DNA from: Mobula hypostoma | Lineage: Eukaryota | Length of the DNA: 64,000 nucleotides | NCBI RefSeq assembly: GCF_963921235.1 | Contig: NC_086113.1 | Coordinates: forward strand, 45,570,001 to 45,634,000 | Direction of reading: 5' to 3' | Shown: in pieces, positions 12,270 through 24,072 of the stretch | Layout: the number at the start of each line of letters is the position of its first letter | Numbering within the stretch: the stretch's first letter is position 1 | The notes under the pieces: generated by a model | Databases searched by the model: none | What the model saw: only the letters and a program-made list of their open reading frames with translations | Told to the model about the DNA's origin: nothing | Position numbers and translations under genes: made by a program

Positions 12270-13690
12270 CATTAAAGGTCATTTTCAACCTCTCACTGTT
12301 ACAGGTGGAAGTTCCCACTTGCTTCAAACAGGCAACGATTATACCAGTGCCTAAGAATAATGTGAGCTGCCTTGATGACTATCACCCAGTAGCACTCACA
12401 TCGACAGTGATGAAATGCTTTGAGAGGTTGGTCATGAGGTTGGACTGAACTCCTGCCTCAGTAAGGATCTGGACACACTGCAATTTGCCTATCGCCACAA
12501 TGGATCAATGGCAGATGCAATCTCAATGGCCCTTCACACGGCAGACCACCCGGACAATACAAACATCTATGTCAGGATGCTGTTCGCCAACTAAAGCTTA
12601 GCATTTAACACCATCATTCCCACAATCTTGCTTGAGAAGTTGCAGAACCTGGGCCTCTGTACCTCCCTCTGCAATTGGATCGACATCCTAATGGAAGACC
12701 ACAATCTGTGCAGATTGGTGATAATATCTCCTCTTCGCTGCTGATCAACACCGGTGCACCTCAGGGGTGTGTGCTTAGCCCACTGCTCTACTCTCTTTAT
12801 ACCCATGACTGTGGCTAGGCGTAATTCAAATACCATCTATAAATTTGCTGACGATACAACCATTGTTGGTAGAATCTCAGATGGTGACGAGAGGGCATAC
12901 AGGAGTGAGATATGCCAACTAGCGGACTGGTGTCACAGCAACAACCTGGCATTCAATGTCAGTAAGACAAAAGAGCTGATTGTGGACTTCAGGAAGGGTA
13001 AGACAAAGGAATACATACCAATCCTCAGGGGGATCAGAAGTGGAGAGAGCAGCTTCATGTTCCTGGGTGTCAAGATCTCTGAGGACCTAACCTGGTCCCA
13101 ACATATCAATGCAGTTATAAAGAAGGCAAGACAGTGACCATACTTCATTAGGAGTTGAAGAGATTTGGTTATGTCAACAAATATACTCAAAAACTTCTAT
13201 AGATGTACTGTGGAGAGCATTCCGACAGGCTGCATCACTGTCTGGTATGGGGCGGGGGGGGGGGGGGCTAGCTGCGGAAGTTCGTAAGTTTAGTCTGCTC
13301 ATCTTGAGTGCTAGCCTACTGAGTACCCAGGACATCTTCAGGGAGCGGTGTCTCAGAAAGGCAGCGTCCATTATTAAGGACCTCCAGCACCCAGGTCATG
13401 CCCTTTTCTCACTGTTACCATCAGGTAGGAGGTACAGAAGCCTGAAGGCACACACTTAGATATTCAGGAATAGCTTCTTCCTCTCTGCCATCTAATTCCT
13501 AAATGAACATTGAACCCTTGAACACCACCTCATTTTTTAATATTTGTTTCATTTTTTGCCTGATTTTTAATCTATTCATTATACATACACTGTAATTGAT
13601 TTTTTTCTTCTATATTATGTATTGCATTGAACTGCTGCTGCTAAGTTAACAAATTTCATGACACACTTCGGTGATAATAAACCAGATTCT
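12270..13690 (+). mobile_element. Rex1/Babar LINE fragment
   Basis: [26 protein letters not shown]; GATTCTG tail. Confidence 0.9.
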
Positions 13691-13919
13691 GGTAAGTTGT
13701 GGTAACTATAACACCTTTTCCACAAAAACATTTAAATGGGATATTTGATGATGGAGGAATGAAATTAGACACATCAGTTGTCAAATTGCTGAAATACGTT
13801 CATTAAAGAACGGCCTTTATTGAATATCAAACACAAGGGCGGAGATGCAACGATTCAACTGTAGAGGACACAAGATTAGTTTCAACCGAAGCACTGTGTG
13901 TAGTTTTGGTCACTGTATT

Positions 13920-14104
13920 CAACGTTCCCTCTTTTTTTTACAGCTGCCGCGGATCAACCATTGCTCTGCGCAGGAAATTTTAACAGGGCCTGAAAACTGC
14001 TCGGCACTTTTATGTTAAAAAATTCCAGCTGAGAGGCAAGCAAGGCTCCGTGCGTTGGGAGTATTTCAGTTACTGTATGGCTTCGCAGCTTAGAGGGAAC
14101 AGTG
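13920..14104. mobile_element. hAT-type MITE
   Basis: TIR CAACGTTCCCTCT / AGAGGGAACAGTG; 8-bp TSD ACTGTATT / ACTGCATT. Confidence 0.75.
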
Positions 14105-16201
14105 ACTGCATTGCAGGAGAGATTGCATTAGGGTATGGAGGACATTTTAAGAATGGTGCCAGGGCCAGAGAATGATGTTTTCTTTAGAACTGAGACAAAA
14201 GGCAAATTTAATATAGTACATAAAAAGGGGGGAAATAGGCAGAAATTATTTCCCTAAGCAAGTCAATAAACATTGTTTTAAGATATTTTTGCATAGGTTG
14301 ATGGAGACAGAAGCCCACATTAATATTAAACAACCTGGATCTGAGTATTAAGTGCATAATTTACAAGCTATACACTGAAAACTGAGAAATTGGATTAGCC
14401 TTTATTTTTACTTTATGTACCAAATGGTTGTCCATAAAATTCCATGAAATCAGGCCATCCAAAATCAACTGCAGAATAAAATTTCAATAAGCCTCTTTCA
14501 TAATCGAAAGTTAAGTCGCGTTTTGCAGGAATACTGAATTGAAAATTAGATATGGATAGGGCATAAAAGTTTGTAGGACCGTATATAGTTTGTTTGCTAG
14601 GAAGAGGGTGTGAAAACAGGTTGTTCTGATTATAGTTCTCTGGTATTTATACTGATAATAGCAATCATGGATGACGATCTTCAGCATCCTATCTACATAA
14701 AATTTACCAGTCTTTTTAGCGTTGCCCTTTGCTTAAGCCACTTTTCTCTTATATTTACTTCATTTTTTCCCTCTAGTAAGAAAGGAAGCCTCCCTTAATT
14801 CAACCTAAATTTCAAAAATTTCCTGTGATCTTATTAATTGGACTGTTAACAACTGCAAGTGTGATTTTTGACACACATACACACACACTATATTATTTGG
14901 TCTTACGACTGAAACTGGAGAATGGTTTGATGGGGAGGGGGAGGAAGGGAAGAACTCCTAACAAACTATAAAGTAACAAGGTTTATGAATTTGAGACATC
15001 CAGAATCAGATTGGAGGCAGTCATTTTGATGCAAAGACACACTCCAAATATACTATATTCAACTGTGCAGTGGCTCATTAGTAGCACATTGAAATATCAG
15101 CTTGGATTATGTGAAGTGCATCAACCAGCGACAAAATCATCTGGCTCAAGTACAAGGACTCCATCAGTGAACTTCAGCTGATACTATAGGCAAGAGCTAC
15201 ATTGAACATTCAGAGATTTGGACAAATTAGACCAAGATTATCACTGAGATAACAATGTATATTGAATAGGAAATTTACAAAGTCATTGTTCAGAATGAAT
15301 GGAATATCATGTATGTCATTACTGACCATTTTCAAACCCTCCCTTGAATCAAAACGGTTAATAAAGCTATTTGAGTGCAAGAATGCAGTTAAGTCAGGTG
15401 ATGAATCAACAGAAATCCTTTTGATTTAGCACCACAGTATGGGTACAGTTAACAGTACAGCAAAGTTTGAGAGAATTTTCTTCAACAGTCCTTACACATT
15501 GCAGTTAAATATTTGTAAAACAGTTCATTGAAATAAAGCTTTGGAAAACTTTCCTTCCTAGGCAAGATTCTAGAAATGGGACTTATCACTTAGAGCTAAA
15601 AACAGGAGATTTTAGAATTATAACAAACAATTTAGGGATGGGCCAGTTGGACTAATCAGGGTGTATGTGCAATAAATTTTGTGTGGTATGCATGTAGAAT
15701 TCGAAAACTCCAAAAAATGCTCAAGCATCAGACAAGATTACAATGTATTTTCCCTATACTCTCTTCTATTGGTTCTGTAGGAAGAGATCTTAATCAAAAA
15801 TTCATTAACAATCTCTTCTAATCCATAGGATAATGGTGGGTTAAAATACATTTTTAGAAAAACCTTGTGTAAAAAACAGAAATGGTGTTAATTAAACCAC
15901 AACAAAAGACAAACATGCAATTAAAAGCAGTGGCCTCATCAGGTGAAAAAAAGATATGCACCGTGGAAGTATAAACGATAAAGTGTATAAACTGCTTTGT
16001 TTATAGACATGTAGAAAAAAAATTAAATGAACAGACCTTTGCAAATTTGCTTTCATTTCTAAAACAAGGTTTATCAGATGTTTGTGCAATAGTTTTACAT
16101 TGCACTGACCATTTAACCATTGTCAAATCAGATAAGCTGAATAAAAAGTTAAATTGTAATCTGTAGTTGACCAGCATTTCTTTCAAATTAAAAAAAATAA
16201 C

Positions 16202-16207
16202 TTTATT
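16202..16207 (-). terminator. Candidate PSMA2 polyadenylation signal AATAAA
   Basis: AATAAA 5 nt after the stop codon, followed by a T-rich tract on the minus strand. Confidence 0.55.
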
Positions 16208-16212
16208 GAATG

Positions 16213-16329
16213 TTAAACTATAGTAGCTAGATAGTCTTTGACTTCTGCTGGAGAGAGTCTGCGAAATCCTGCCTCATCACAAATTCCAACTTCTATATTA
16301 TCTTCCGTCATCTGGCCTTCAAAGCTCTC
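16213..16329 (-). CDS. PSMA2: PSMA2 exon 8 ([38 protein letters not shown])
   Basis: 117 nt to TAA; the eight exons sum to 705 nt = 234 aa + stop, the expected alpha-2 length. Confidence 0.98.
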   Translation of the reverse strand, partial: ESFEGQMTEDNIEVGICDEAGFRRLSPAEVKDYLATIV

Positions 16330-16435
16330 CTGTTTGTGAAGGAAATATTTCAATCTGTTAAGTATCATACTGCATTCACTATAAAAGTAAATTCAGATAA
16401 AGCATTTATTAACAGTAGAAGTCAAGGTATCTGAC

Positions 16436-16493
16436 CTTCAGTGTTAGGATTGCTGTATGAATAGCATCTTCAAGTTCTAGGTCTTCATTGTAC
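16436..16493 (-). CDS. PSMA2: PSMA2 exon 7 ([19 protein letters not shown])
   Basis: 58 nt, TAG/GT flanks. Confidence 0.98.
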
Positions 16494-16719
16494 CTATAGT
16501 CAAAAAGTTGAATAAATGTCTTTTCTCCCAGAAGAATCATTTATTTAATCATTGCTAAAGCTTAAAAAAAATTAATTGCTTTTGGAAAAAATGCTCATGC
16601 TCAAATCCACAATATATTGTAGACTATTTCCCCACTACTTTTCATACCTCAAATACCAGAATTCATCAAGGTACCAGCAGATTTTCTACATTTTAATTAA
16701 TTAGCAAAGACAAGCAAAA

Positions 16720-17365
16720 AATGCAGTTCACCTTTCACCCTACCAGCCTCAGCATCCACCATAATCACTCCTGCCAGCTGCAAGAGTCCCACTATCAGTT
16801 ATATCATCCCTTCCCCACACATTTTCTCCTTCCCACAAGGACCACTGTCCATAGTTCACATACCTGTCCCAACCATCTCTTCCTTTCCCCAGTACTTATT
16901 CCTACAACCATAGGAATTGCCCAAATTTCTCTCATCATCTGCTCTTTTTATCTATCCACAACTCTTCCAGCCACCCCCAACCAGTTCTATTGGCTTATCA
17001 CCATATTTAAACAGTCTTTTATCCCCTTCTCCAACAGGTTCCATCATTCCTCCCTCATCACCTCCCCTGCTTATCAGATTCCAGTAGCTGCAGCCTGTCT
17101 CACACATCACCTTCCTGCCTCCTTCATTACCTCCACCCACCCAACGCTCTGTCCATCATTCTCCCCCAAAACCCAGCTCCTGCCAACCAACCCTTGCCTC
17201 ACCCTCCCTCTCACTTCTTTATACTGACTACTTCCCCTCTACTCTCCCAGTTCTGATGGGGGGGGCCTTGACTTGAAACATTAACCATCCCCTCTGTCTC
17301 TGCAGTGCTGACTGACATGGTGAACCTCTCTAGTTTGATTTTTGTTCCAGATTACAGCATCTAGT
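16720..17365 (+). mobile_element. Old Penelope-like element remnant
   Basis: Pyrimidine-rich 3' region and decayed CTGATG...GAAAC terminal motif shared with younger copies. Confidence 0.5.
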
Positions 17366-17511
17366 CTCTTGAAAATTATTCAGCTTGCAATCTCAGGAGT
17401 TATCTTAATATGCCATTGGTCTAAGCCCCCCCCTCGCAACCCCATATCCCTAGGCACCCAATTCCCATTTCTTAGTATATTCATTGAAAATGAAGAGCAA
17501 TCGCTATTCTA

Positions 17512-17808
<297 letters not shown>

Positions 17809-19453
17809 TCAAAAGCTAAAATTAACATGCTTTTACCACCCTGTTAGCTGGCATGAGTCCAGTTTTGTCCTTCAGTCTCTCTAGATCGCCATCCTATCAC
17901 ACACATTCTCTTCACTCTTCCCAAATATCTTTTAGTTTGCAACTTAAAGGATGTTTTTGAATTTTTTAAACTTTTAGTCATGAGATTTTTATACAGACCC
18001 CCAAACAGTAGTAAGAATGTGGTCTACAAATTACAATGGGAGATAGAAAGTCCATGCCAAAACATCAATGTTACAATAGTCACGGGGGATTTCAATATGC
18101 AGGTGGATTAGGAAAAATCAGGTTGGTGCTGGATTCCAGATGGGGGAGTTTCCAGAATGCCTGATCAGCTTTTTAGAGCAGCTTGTGGTTGAGCCCACTT
18201 AGGGGATCAGCTTTTCTAGATTGGGTGTTGTGCAATGAACCAGAATTGATTAAAGAGCTTAAGGTAAAGAACCCTTAGGGGCAAGTCATCATAATATGAT
18301 CCAATTCATCCTGAATTTTGAGAAGAAGTTGTTTAAGCCAGATGTACCAGTATTATAGTTAAGTAAAGGGAATTAAAGAAGCATGAGAGAGGAGTTGGCC
18401 AAAATTGGAAAAGAACACCGGCAGGGATGATAGCCGAGCAGCAATGGCTGGAATTTCTGGAAGCAATTTGGAAGGTACAGGATATATACATCCCAAAGAG
18501 GAAGATGTATTCTAAAACAACTGTAGCTAGCAAGAGAAGTCAAAGCCAACATAAAAGACAAAGAGAGGGCATATAATAGAACAAAAATTAGTTGCAAATC
18601 AAAGGGTTGGGAAATTTTCATATACAAACAGAAGGCAACTAAACGTCATTAAGGTAAAGATGCAATACAAAAGTAAGCTAGCTAATAATATTAAAGATGA
18701 TACTTAAAGTTTCTTCAGATACATTAAAAGAGAGGCAAGAGTGGGTATTGGACCACTGAAAAACGATGGTGGGAAGGTAGTAATGGAGGACAAGGAAATG
18801 GCGGATGAACCGATTAAGTATTTTGCATCGGTCTTCACTGTGGAAGACACTAGCAGTATGGCAAAAATTCCAGGTGTCAGGTGTCATGAAGTGTATAAAG
18901 CTACCATTACTAGGGAGAAGGTTCTTGGGAAACTGAAAGGTCTGAAGGTAGATAAGCCATTTGAAATAGATGGTGTACACTCTAGGGTTCTGAAAGAGGT
19001 GGCTGAAGAGATTGTGAAGGTATTAGTAATGATCTTTCAAGAATCACGAAATTCTGGATGGTTCTGGAAAACTGCAAAAATTGCAAATGTCACTCCACCC
19101 TTCAAAAAGGGAGAGAGGCAGAAGAAAAGAAATTATAGGCCAGTTAGTCTGACCTCAGTGGTTGGGAAGATGTTGAAGTCGATTGTTAAGGATGGGGTTT
19201 CAGGGTACCTGGAGGCACATGATAAAATATGCCGTAGTCAACATGGTCTCCTTAAGGGAAAATCTTGCCTGACAAATCTGTTGGAGCTTTTTGAAGAAAT
19301 AACAAGCAGGATAGACAAAGGAGAATCAATTGATGTTGTGTATTTGGATTTTCAGAAGGCCTTTGACGAGGTGCCACACATGATACTGCTTAACAAGCTA
19401 TGTGCCCATGGTATTACAGGAAAGAATTTAGCTTGGATAAAACAGTAGCTGAT

Positions 19454-19946
19454 CGTAAACACAAAATTATCTGCAGATGCTGATCTCCCGGTAGCCACCC
19501 ACTTCAAATCTGCTTCCTATTCCCATTCAGATATGTCCATACATGGCCTCCTCTACTGCCATGGTGAGGCTAAACTCAGGTTGGAGGAGCAACACCTCAT
19601 ATACCATCTAGGTGGTCTCCAGCCCTTTGGTATGAACAAAGAATTCTCCAACTTCCGGTAATTCCCTCCCCTTCCCTTCCTCTATCCCTATTTCACATCA
19701 CCTCCCTCATAGTTCCGCCTCCTTCTACCACTGCGTATTGTTCCCCTGCCAATCGCCTCCCTGCTTCCCCTCCCCCACCCCTTTGTCTTCCAAATTACTG
19801 TTTTTTTCAACTACCAGCATTCTTCTAACCCTCCCCAAAGTTCTTCCTTCAGTCCCGACGAAGGGTTTCGGCCTGAAACGTCGACTAATCTTTTCAACTG
19901 ATGCCGATTGACCTGCTGAGTTCCTCCAGCGCATTGTGAGTATTCC
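19454..19946 (+). mobile_element. Penelope-like element insert in CR1
   Basis: 16-bp TSD TAAAACAGTAGCTGAT (19438-19453, 19947-19962); GIY-YIG C-terminal remnant HSDMSIHGLLYCH..RLEEQHLIY; short inverted 5' piece. Confidence 0.88.
19851..19886 (+). ncRNA. Hammerhead motif, core mutated (CCGACGA)
   Basis: AGTC CCGACGA AGGGTTTCGGCCT GAAAC GTC GACT; perfect stem I AGTC/GACT. Confidence 0.55.
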
Positions 19947-21476
19947 TAAAACAGTAGCTGATTGGCAGGAGGCAAAGAGTGTGAATAAAAGAGAGCCTTT
20001 TCTGACTGGCTACCAGTGACTAGTAGTGTTGCACAGTGGTGTGTGTTGGGATTGATTCCTTTTACGTTACATGTCAATGATTTGAATGATGGAATTGATG
20101 GGTTTTGTTGCAAAGTTTGCAGACAATATGAAGATAGGTGGAGGGGCAGATACTTTTGAGGAAGCAGAGAGCCTATAGGAAGGACTTAAGATGGGTTAGG
20201 GGAATGGGCAAAGAAATGGCAGATGAAATACAGTGCCACGAAGTGTATGGTCATGCACTTTGGTAGAAGAAATTAAAGGGGTGACTATTTTCTAAATGGA
20301 AAGAAAATTCAAAAACTGAGGCACAAGGGACTTGGGAGTGGTTGTGCAAGATTCCATAAAGGTTAATTTGCAGGCTGAGTCTGTGGTAAGGAAGGCAAAT
20401 GCATAGTTAGCATTCAAGAGGATGTAAATATAAAAGCAAGGATGTAATGTTGAGACTGGTGCACTGGCAAGGCCTCACTTGGGAGTACCTTTATCTTAGA
20501 TAAGATATGCTGAAACTGGAGAGGGTTCAAAGGAGGTTCACAAAAATTATTCCAGTTTGAATGGCTTGTCATAAGGAGAGTGTTTGAAGGCTCTGGACCT
20601 GTATTCACTGGAATTCAAAGGAATGAGGGGTGACCTCTGAAACCTATCGAATGGTGAAAAGCCTTGATAGAGTCAATATAGAGAGGATGTCTCCTATGGT
20701 GGGAGTCATCCATAAGAGAGTAGAGGGGTGTCCTTTTAGAACAGAGGAGGAATTTCTTTAGCCAGAGAGTGGTGAATCTGTGGAATTCTTTGCCATGGGC
20801 AGCTGTGGAGTCCAAGTCTGTATGTATATTTAAGGCAGATGTTGATAGATTCTTGATTGGTCAGGGCAGGAGATTGAGAGGAAAAATGGATCAGCCATAA
20901 TGAAAAGGTGGAGCAGACTCGATGGGCCAAATGGCCTAATTCTGTTCCTATGTCTTATGCTTTAAGACTTTAAACAAAAATATTAGTCGTTTCTTTCCCC
21001 AGAAATATTGCCTGGTCCAACATTTTTTCTTTCATTCCAGATTTCAAACACCTACAGGCCCTTTGCTTTACAATTGCTCTGAAAGCTGCTTTTGAGACCA
21101 CCTGCCAATTAGAAGGTTTCAGCTAAAGTTTACAAGGAAATGAAATGAGAGGGGCCAAGCATGTTTTCATATGGTATTCTTAAGAGTTACAGATAGCAAA
21201 GTTTCATTACATCAGCCTGGAATTAAACTGAAAAGAGAAAGCAAGCTAATGACCTATTCAAAGTTCTAAAATCTTATTTCTGAAGGTTACTAGATCTAAA
21301 TGTTCATAGACCTAAATTCTATGCTATTCACAAGAATTGATGCATATTAAAGATAAGTTTTAATTTCTTACATATTATACAGCAACTGATTGTTACTACA
21401 AAATGTATTCTGTTTTATAAAAACAATGCCATCTGGGCAATTTTAATAAGGATTGGTAATGATAGAACTTGTATTA

Positions 21477-21650
<174 letters not shown>

Positions 21651-21699
21651 TCAGCTGATACAAAGCTGAACATTTTGAGAGCTCAAACTGGCAATATAT

Positions 21700-22105
21700 C
21701 CTCTGGCCACATTATTAGGTACGTCCTATGCTTAATAAAATGGCCCACTGAGGGTGTGTATGTTTCTGTAGCTCATCCACTTCAATGTTCAATGTGTTGT
21801 GTATTCGGAGATGCTGTTCTGCACACCACATGTGGGTATTTGAGTTAGTGTCATCATCCTGTCATGTTTTTCGCATCATTCTCTGTAAACTCTAGAGACT
21901 TGTGCATGAAACTCTCAGAAGGTTTAGTTTGAGTTACTCAAACCACACTGTCTGGCACCTACCATCATTCCACAGTCAGAGTCACTTGTTTCACATTATG
22001 ATGTTTAGTCTGCACAACAACTGAACCTCTTGACCACATCTGCATGCTTTTATGCATTGAGTTTCTGTCACGTTAACAAACAGGCATACCTAATAAAGTG
22101 GCCAG
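21700..22105. mobile_element. Tc1-type non-autonomous element
   Basis: Ends TGGCCACATTATTAGGTA / TACCTAATAAAGTGGCCA are inverted repeats. Confidence 0.7.
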
Positions 22106-22373
22106 AGTCTCTTGTCGCATCAGAATATCCAGGAACATTACACATCCCAAGAATTACTTTATGAAGTAAATTCTTGCTCCAATTAGAGCTATGAACAAAT
22201 TCTAAATACCTGGTAGGAATCATTATGACCATTTTACAGACAACACGTTTGAAATTTTATTTTAAACTTTACAAAGATCAAGCCTCAAATTTTTTATGCC
22301 CTTTTCATTATTTAGGTTGCAGAAATACCATTATAAACAGAACATATTGCAGAATTGGTCACCCAAGCAAGCA

Positions 22374-23775
22374 CAGGTTAAGCACCCCTTATCCAAAATG
22401 CTTGGTGCCAGAACTGCTTCAGACTTTGGAATATTTCCATCTATATAATGCGATAATTTGGGAATTAGACACGTTTAAACATGAAATCCATTTACATTAC
22501 CTATACAGGTTATGCTTATACCCTGAAAGTAGTTTTATATATTTTTGATAATTTTGTGCATGAATTTCCAATTCATCGTGATAGATCTTTGCTTGTTTTA
22601 TGATCAACGTACCATTAAGCAGCATGTGTCCACAAATACATTCTTTCAATATATGACAGACCTTGATTTTTCACTTTATGCAATGTTTTTTTCTATTTTT
22701 CATCATCTTCTGATCATTACTTTTAACATAGAACTTTAATGGTTCCTTAAAGTCATCACAGCCGGGGATGGTAATGGGGATAAGCCCTCACTACAGAGTA
22801 AATACTCCCAATGGCGTGCCACTCAAATAGCCTTTGACAAACACATCCAGCTCCTGGCCTTCACGTGTGGCTTAGCTAAGCTTGGCAGAACAGTTTCTAC
22901 TGACAGGAGAAGTAGCAAAGGCGGGTTAATGGCTTCTTAAAACCAGTCACTTTGAGCATATGGGGCTCGTCAGCCATGGTCAGCAGCTCATCTAGAAGGA
23001 AAACTCCGATCTCAAACATCCACTGCCTTGTGGCTACACCAATCACGGGAAAGGCTTCGGGAGTAAACACAGAGAAAAAATCCAAAGCTAGAGTCCTTAG
23101 ATGGAGTTCAGCACTGACTGGCAAATCCAGCAACACCACTGGTACCATATTGGGGTCTCTGCTGTTCCTTTGCATTCATCAGATGAGTTGGGGGAAGCCT
23201 GCTGCAGGGGCAACAGGCTGTCTATATTGTACACACTTGGCTTACACATCACATGGAGAGCTAGGGTGCAATATCCATGGTGGATCTCAACCAATGGAGG
23301 GTCTCAGTGGCAGAATTTTAACAGATTGTCCTTCTACTTCTTTAGGTCATAGATGGTGAACACTACAACACCATACTCCTCTGTCAGATGCTTCACACTT
23401 ACACTACCATCAAGTCTTAACAACCTGACTTGTTTCCCTTTTTCATTTCACTATTACCCATAAGGGTAACTACAGGCTTTTCTGATATTTTCAACAATAC
23501 AGAGGAGAGAATGTGCAAAGCACATGGTAATCACTGTGAGTAATACACAAAGGTCTGGCAATAAAAACTGCTGAAATCAAACTGGTGCCAACAGGGAACC
23601 ACTCAGAGCATGTGAGGTCACTTCTCAAAACCACCTGTGGTGGACAAAGACCTGCGCATCACCTGGGAACCTTCTTAGTGCCTTGTGGAATTTCCCATTT
23701 GTGGCATCATGTCGGCATTCAAGAAAAATTTGAATTTCAGAAGTTTTGGATATTTGGATAAGGGGTGCTCCACTG
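22374..23775. mobile_element. Tigger4/MER46-like DNA element with an RTE-like insert (~22745-23300)
   Basis: TIR CAGGTTAAGCACCCCTTATCCAAA / TTTGGATAAGGGGTGCTCCACTG-TA. Confidence 0.65.
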
Positions 23776-24072
23776 TACATGTGTTTATATGAGAGATTTT
23801 AAAGCAACTATTTGGGGTATGAATGAACATTAGTACAAAGAACCTAAAGCAACAAACTCGTATGAAGTTCATAATTACAGAAAAATCTGCAAAAAAAAGG
23901 TCTAAAATACATATGGATTTTTTAGATCTTAAATCCATCAAAGCTTCCATTATTGGAGAAAATTCATCTTTCTCATCTCATTTATTTCCTACTTGAGGTA
24001 AAGAAATCTATTCTGATGATTGACACGCAGGTACAACAACCAATTAAGTTAACAGTAGGTTGGTCTTTAGTA

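Larger units (their letters stand above)
17990..20960 (+). mobile_element. CR1 LINE (EN-RT remnant) in PSMA2 intron 5, antisense to the gene
   Basis: ORF 18741..19448 NYRPVSLTSVVGK, YLDFQKAFD; CR1 3' end GGGCCAAATGGCCTAATTCTG. Confidence 0.92.

Noticed and set aside
16721-17227. 168-aa H/P/T-rich ORF
   Set aside because: Low-complexity C-rich Penelope remnant, antisense within a PSMA2 intron
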